Part shown: in pieces, positions 29,522-34,257 of the stretch
How the letters are laid out: each line of letters begins with the position of its first letter
How positions within the stretch are numbered: the stretch's first letter is position 1
Source: Bacteroidota bacterium
GTDB lineage: Bacteria > Bacteroidota > Ignavibacteria > UBA10030
Length of the DNA: 34,257 nucleotides
Direction of reading: 5' to 3'
NCBI GenBank assembly: GCA_041480785.1
Contig: JBGPAN010000003.1
Location: 1-34,257, forward strand
Notes under the pieces: generated by a model
What the model was told of the DNA's origin: nothing
The model's database searches: none
What the model saw: only the letters and a program-made list of their open reading frames with translations
Program-made: the position numbers and the translations under genes

Positions 29522-30487
29522 CTATATCAATTGCAGGCAGTTCTCTGGCTTGAGAAGGGCCTCTCGTTCATAGAGCAGGGAGACGGCCGCATCAAACGTA
29601 ACGAATTCGAAGAGCACATCGTCTCTAGGCCGCAGCTGACCGACGCGATGCATGTCCGCAGAAATGATGTTTGCGATCTTTGGGTAACCGCCTGTGGTTG
29701 GATGTTCCACAAAGAGGATGATCGGTTCGCCGCTGGGTGGAACCTGGATCGCGCCGAGAGATACACCCTCGGTTGTCATCTCCTCGCGAATCGCGTGAGT
29801 GAGCGCGGGCCCGGAAAGCCTCAATCCCATTCTGTTTGATTCCTCTTTCACTCTATACGTCGAAGACGAAAAGAGATATCACTCCGTTGCCGCGAACAAA
29901 CGTCCTTGGGGTCCCTCTGTGACGCGGAGAGGGCCCGGCTTGAAAAAATTCTTAAGGACCGCAGGCCTCACAGACAGAGCATGGCTGAGGCCGATTGCGC
30001 TGCTCAATTCAAAGGCGTCGCCCGACCGGATTGGCCCGCCCCGATTTCCGCCAAGTGCTACCTGAAGGTGTGTAGATGAACTCGACAAAACCGTTTCAGC
30101 CCGGAGACCTCCCCCGACACAGAGGTAGCAACGCGCCCCCGAGGAAGCGGGTCCGCAGCGAAGAATTTGTCTCGGTTGTACAAAGAGCGTCTGCCAGCGT
30201 GGAACAGCCTGACTGTCGAGAGTTGCCCCGAAATCTGACCCCGCGATGGCAATAGGACAAGCCGAATTGAATACAACAGTCGCGCCGGCAAGAGTCATTT
30301 CAAGAGCCGGAGTATTCGGTGGGTTGCCAACAAGGAGGTTGCCGAGGCGCAGGGACACAGCATCGGCGGCGCCGGATGGTGAAATTCCCAGATGCGCGTA
30401 GTGATTCCGGCCCAAATCTTGAATGGTTGTCAAGAAGCCAGGAGAAAGCACACTCAGCGACCCTGTTTGTTGTGCCGGATTTTTCAC
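29522..30487 (-). pseudogene. pxpC: 5-oxoprolinase subunit C (KipA/AHS2 family) interrupted by one in-frame TGA at 29879-29881
   Basis: ORFs 29879..30487 and 29522..29851 are in the same frame and join as ...GPQGRLFAATE*YLFSSSTYRVKEESNRMGLRL...; motifs TTIQDLGR, GAAD, GARCYL.V.GG, GAIQVP, PTTGGYPKI. Confidence 0.85.
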
Positions 30488-30490
30488 TGA

Positions 30491-31195
30491 CTATTGTACG
30501 TTCTTCACGATATCATTGAACCCTTGAATCGAAATAGGTCTGATTCTGACGTGGTCACCTATTTCCAAAAGCGTCGGGGAGCTTTCGCGCGGGCGAAACA
30601 GCTTCAGAGGTGTCCGTCCTATGATCCGCCATCCACCAGGCGATGGGAGAGAATAGATGCCGGTCTGTGCGCCGCCGATAGCGACGCTTCCCTCAGGTAC
30701 ATGTAAACGTGGTGTTGCAAGTCGTGGAGTCGCAAGCCGGTCCGCAAGTTCGCCGAGATAGGGAAACCCTGGCGTGAATCCAACAAAGTAGACAAGGTAT
30801 TCCACTGAAGCGTGGAGCCGAACGACATCGTCGGCGGCCAATCCACTATAGCTTGCTACAAAATCAAGATCGGGTGCAACCAACTTGTCGTAGCAGACAG
30901 GGATCTCAACCACGCGCGGAGAAGCCAGGGTGACGGCATCAAGCTGATCAAGGAGAAAACGAACATGCAATTCAAACTCTTTCGGTGACGCAACAATCGG
31001 ATCGAACGAAATAAGAACCGAATTGTACGCGGGGTGGATGTTACGCATGCCAGCGGGGGGTGTCGACTGCAGAAGCTTGAAGAGTCTTAAAACATTGTGA
31101 TGAAGGTCGCGGGAAACCCCGTTGCCGAAGAGCACAAGCAACGAGTGGTCACTTGCAAACGAAATGGTCGGGTAGTAATCTTCTTTTGGAGACAT
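30491..31195 (-). CDS. pxpB: 5-oxoprolinase subunit B (KipI/AHS1 family)
   Basis: D.SLLV.FG, PAYNSVL, EIPVCY, DL..VA, Y.VYFVGFTPGFPYL, PRL.VPEGSVAIGG.QTGIY...SPGGW.IIGRTP. Confidence 0.96.
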   Translation of the reverse strand: MSPKEDYYPTISFASDHSLLVLFGNGVSRDLHHNVLRLFKLLQSTPPAGMRNIHPAYNSVLISFDPIVASPKEFELHVRFLLDQLDAVTLASPRVVEIPVCYDKLVAPDLDFVASYSGLAADDVVRLHASVEYLVYFVGFTPGFPYLGELADRLATPRLATPRLHVPEGSVAIGGAQTGIYSLPSPGGWRIIGRTPLKLFRPRESSPTLLEIGDHVRIRPISIQGFNDIVKNVQ

Positions 31196-31212
31196 TGTGG
31201 CGTGTCCCGTGG

Positions 31213-31241
31213 ACGATAACGAAAATTGAAGGACGAATCAA
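31213..31241 (-). promoter_or_regulatory. sigma70-type promoter for the pxp operon
   Basis: Minus strand TTGATT-N17-TATCGT, ending 17 nt upstream of the pxpB ATG. Confidence 0.5.
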
Positions 31242-31287
31242 CGCTTGAACCCTGGGTGGCACTACAAAAACGCCTATGGATACCACC

Positions 31288-31316
31288 TTGCTTCTCCTGC
31301 CATTTGTGGGTATATT
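31288..31316 (+). promoter_or_regulatory. sigma70-type promoter for lon
   Basis: TTGCTT-N17-TATATT. Confidence 0.6.
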
Positions 31317-31332
31317 TTCCTTACATGATAGT

Positions 31333-31361
31333 GTCCCGGCACCCGGGACTCTTTTTGTTTT
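31333..31361 (+). terminator. Terminator-like hairpin inside the predicted lon 5' leader
   Basis: GTCCCGG-cac-CCGGGAC followed by TCTTTTTGTTTT. Confidence 0.5.
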
Positions 31362-31391
31362 AGGGACGATAGCGAACCAGAAGACACGATT

Positions 31392-33797
31392 ATGAGCGAG
31401 ACACCGGTAAAACTTAGTGACGCAACAATAGAGACCATCGACAATATACCAACAACCCTCCCGGTTCTTCCGCTGAGAGATGTTGTGGTTTTCCCCTACA
31501 TGATTTTTCCCGTGCTCGTTGGTCGTGAAAGCTCGTTGAAGGCAGCGAATGAAGCCCTTGAACGGGGAAAGAACATCTTTCTGGTCGCGCAAAAAAGCGC
31601 CGCGATCGATGAACCAACCGTAGACGATATCTACCAACAGGGGACCGTTGCAAAGATTATTCAGATGCTGAAACTCCCCAACGGACTGATGAAGATTTTG
31701 GTGGACGGGGTTGTTCAGGCAACCGTCAAGAAGTATGTCCCAAACGCAGCGTTCATTGAAGCGGAGCTCATTCTCAATAAATCAGAGGCACCAGCCGGGC
31801 ATGACATCGACGCCCTGGTGAGACACGCCGCGACCCTTTTTCAGGAATATGTCAAACTGAGCAGAAACGTGCCACCGGAAGTGTTGATGGCGTTCGACGG
31901 GATCAAAGAGCCTGCCCGGAAACTCTATTATATTGCCGCGAATCTCGTCCAGAGCGTGGACGTGAAACAGCGGATCCTTCAATCGCAGCACCTCCGGGAA
32001 CAATTGTATGAAATGTCGAAAATCCTGACAACGGAGATCGACATCCTCAAGATTGAACGGGAGATCGATACAAAGGTTCAGGACAACATCCAGAAGTCTC
32101 AACGGAAGTTCTTCATTCAGGAGCAAATACGGATCCTGCAAGACGAGCTCGGCGAAGACGATGCTTCACCGGAGCTGATCAAACTCAAGGAGCAAATCCA
32201 GAAAGCAAAGATGCCAAAAGAGACCGAAGACAAAGCGATGGAGGAGTTTAACAAACTCAAGAAGACGCCGCCGATGTCTCCGGAGTTCACCGTTACACGC
32301 AACTACCTTGACTGGCTCATCGCTGTTCCGTGGGCAAAAAGAACAAAAGATAACCTCGATGTTGAACACGTACAGAAGATCCTGAACGACGACCACTTCG
32401 GACTCGAAAAGCCGAAAGACCGAATCCTCGAGCATATTGCTGTTCTCAATCTAGTCAAAGAAATGAAGGGCCAGATCCTTTGTTTTGTAGGTCCTCCGGG
32501 CGTTGGGAAAACCTCATTGGCGAAGTCAATTGCCCGGGCACTTGGTCGTAAGTTTGTCCGCATTTCCCTTGGCGGTGTGCGCGATGAGGCCGAGATTCGC
32601 GGTCATCGGCGGACATATATTGGATCCATGCCGGGTAAGATCATTCAGTCAATGAAGCGCGCCGGCGTCATTAACCCCGTCCTCCTGATGGATGAAGTCG
32701 ATAAGATGAGTATGGATTTCCGCGGGGATCCATCCGCCGCGTTACTTGAAGTTCTCGACTCCGAGCAGAACAACACCTTCACCGATCATTACCTTGACGT
32801 CGACTATGACCTTTCGAAGGTGATGTTCATTACGACGGCAAATGTGCAGTACGCAATTCCGCTCCCGCTTCAGGACCGCATGGAGATTATTGAGCTGCCG
32901 GGTTATCTGGACTATGACAAACGGGAAATTGCGAAGAGGCACATCATTCCAAAACAACTAAAGGCACACGGGCTCACGGAAAAAGATATGAAGCTTTCTG
33001 ACCCTGCAATAGACAAGATGATCAACGAGTACACCCGGGAGGCGGGTGTCCGGAACCTCGAGCGGGAAGTCGCCTCGGTCTGTCGGAAAGCTGCGAAGGA
33101 AATTGTGCTTGCGCGGAGAAAGAACGGTGCAGCAAAAAAGAAGAAAACCCCAGGTGGCATCACGATCTCGCCAGAGAAGATCGAGCAATATCTTGGTGTG
33201 CCGAAGTTCCGGAAAAAAGAGGCTGAGCGACAGCGCCGGGTTGGCTCGGTGACAGGGTTGGCATGGACGAGTGTCGGCGGAGACATTTTGAACGTCGATG
33301 TCACAATCATGACAGGAACACAGAAGCTGACGCTCACGGGTCAGCTTGGCGAGGTCATGAAAGAATCGGCGCAGGCTGCGCTAAGTTACATCCGTTCGAA
33401 CGCGAAACGGTTTGGAATCAATCCAGAGTTCACCAAAGGGAGGGAAATTCACATTCACCTCCCAGAGGGCGCCATTCCAAAAGACGGACCCTCTGCAGGC
33501 GTGACGATGGCGATGGCTATGATCTCGGCCGCAAGCAACCGGCCGGCGCGTAACGACATTGCGATGACAGGCGAGATTACGCTTCGGGGCAACGTGTTGC
33601 CGATTGGCGGATTGAATGAAAAACTTCTTGCCGCACAGCGAAGCGGAATCAAAACAGTGATCATACCGAAAGAGAACATGAAAGACCTTACCGAAATTCA
33701 GGAGAAGGTAAAAGAGGGATTGAAGATTATTCCGGTAGAGACCATCGAAGAAGCCGCAAACATTGTGTTCGAGAAGAAAACGAAACGCTCATCATAA
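31392..33797 (+). CDS. lon: ATP-dependent protease La (LonA)
   Basis: [27 protein letters not shown], Walker [28 protein letters not shown], catalytic PKDGPSAG and K dyad region IGGLNEK. Confidence 0.99.
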   Translation: MSETPVKLSDATIETIDNIPTTLPVLPLRDVVVFPYMIFPVLVGRESSLKAANEALERGKNIFLVAQKSAAIDEPTVDDIYQQGTVAKIIQMLKLPNGLMKILVDGVVQATVKKYVPNAAFIEAELILNKSEAPAGHDIDALVRHAATLFQEYVKLSRNVPPEVLMAFDGIKEPARKLYYIAANLVQSVDVKQRILQSQHLREQLYEMSKILTTEIDILKIEREIDTKVQDNIQKSQRKFFIQEQIRILQDELGEDDASPELIKLKEQIQKAKMPKETEDKAMEEFNKLKKTPPMSPEFTVTRNYLDWLIAVPWAKRTKDNLDVEHVQKILNDDHFGLEKPKDRILEHIAVLNLVKEMKGQILCFVGPPGVGKTSLAKSIARALGRKFVRISLGGVRDEAEIRGHRRTYIGSMPGKIIQSMKRAGVINPVLLMDEVDKMSMDFRGDPSAALLEVLDSEQNNTFTDHYLDVDYDLSKVMFITTANVQYAIPLPLQDRMEIIELPGYLDYDKREIAKRHIIPKQLKAHGLTEKDMKLSDPAIDKMINEYTREAGVRNLEREVASVCRKAAKEIVLARRKNGAAKKKKTPGGITISPEKIEQYLGVPKFRKKEAERQRRVGSVTGLAWTSVGGDILNVDVTIMTGTQKLTLTGQLGEVMKESAQAALSYIRSNAKRFGINPEFTKGREIHIHLPEGAIPKDGPSAGVTMAMAMISAASNRPARNDIAMTGEITLRGNVLPIGGLNEKLLAAQRSGIKTVIIPKENMKDLTEIQEKVKEGLKIIPVETIEEAANIVFEKKTKRSS

Positions 33798-33802
33798 GCG
33801 CT

Positions 33803-33834
33803 TGGCGCCTCTCGTGGGTGCCAGTTTGTTTTTT
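33803..33834 (+). terminator. Intrinsic terminator after lon
   Basis: TGGCGCC / GGTGCCA stem followed by GTTTGTTTTTT. Confidence 0.65.
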
Positions 33835-33862
33835 GCAGTTTACTTCTTACTTTCGACTCAGC

Positions 33863-34257
33863 ATGTCCTACCAAGTTACAGCCCGTAAATGGCGTCCTCT
33901 GGTCTTTGAAGATGTCGTTGGCCAGTCACACGTCACGAACACCCTGCGCAACGCGATCACATCGAAGCGGCTTGCTCACGCATACCTGTTCAGTGGTGCT
34001 CGAGGTACAGGCAAGACAACAACCGCCCGCATCCTCGCAAAGGCAATCAACTGTTTGTCGCCGAATGACACTAACCCCGACAACGAGTGCGAAATCTGCA
34101 AAGAGATCACGGCAGGGCGGAGCCTCGATGTCATCGAAATTGATGGAGCATCCAACAGGGGCGTCGAAGAGATTCGCAATCTCCGGGAGTCGGTTCGCTA
34201 CACACCGACCCGCGGAAAATACAAGGTGTACATCATCGATGAAGTGCACATGCTCAC
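33863..34257 (+). CDS. dnaX: DNA polymerase III subunit gamma/tau, 3' truncated by window edge (not in the ORF track)
   Basis: Translated by hand: MSYQVTARKWRPLVFEDVVGQSHV...HAYLFSGARGTGKTTTARILAKAINC...EIDGASNRGVEEIR...KVYIIDEVHML. Confidence 0.97.
   Translation, partial: MSYQVTARKWRPLVFEDVVGQSHVTNTLRNAITSKRLAHAYLFSGARGTGKTTTARILAKAINCLSPNDTNPDNECEICKEITAGRSLDVIEIDGASNRGVEEIRNLRESVRYTPTRGKYKVYIIDEVHML

Noticed and set aside
29879-29881. Genome-wide UGA reassignment (genetic code 4 or 25)
   Set aside because: TGA terminates batD, dnaA and rnpA at expected positions and no other gene has an internal TGA.
33798-33862. Possible SRP RNA (ffs) or tRNA upstream of dnaX, as in many bacteria
   Set aside because: The spacer is only 65 nt, holds a terminator, and shows no SRP or cloverleaf motifs.

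Overview
A chromosomal origin-of-replication region of a bacterium, most consistent with the Ignavibacteria/Chlorobi side of the FCB group. This is an inference from the Bacteroidota-type bat operon combined with E. coli-like TTGnnn-N17-TAnnnT promoters. From left to right: the 3' part of a bat operon (DUF58, membrane protein, batA, batB-batC fusion, batD, batE); a DUF1579 gene; an orphan C-terminal ABC-permease remnant; a DUF192 gene; the leftward dnaA-dnaN-recF-dciA-gyrB-gyrA cluster, with DnaA-box clusters on both sides of dnaA; the rightward rpmH-rnpA-yidD-yidC-mnmE-mnmG-rsmG-murQ-DUF2461 cluster, with two parS sites flanking mnmG; a leftward pxpB-pxpC-MFS-pxpA (5-oxoprolinase) operon whose pxpC has an in-frame TGA; lon; and the start of dnaX. 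No rRNA, tRNA, CRISPR array or mobile element was seen. The window is mostly housekeeping and I see no clearly new multi-gene system. The best leads are the MFS transporter inside the oxoprolinase operon, the in-frame UGA in pxpC, a bipartite oriC dominated by variant '...AACA' DnaA boxes, and a terminator-like hairpin in the lon leader.
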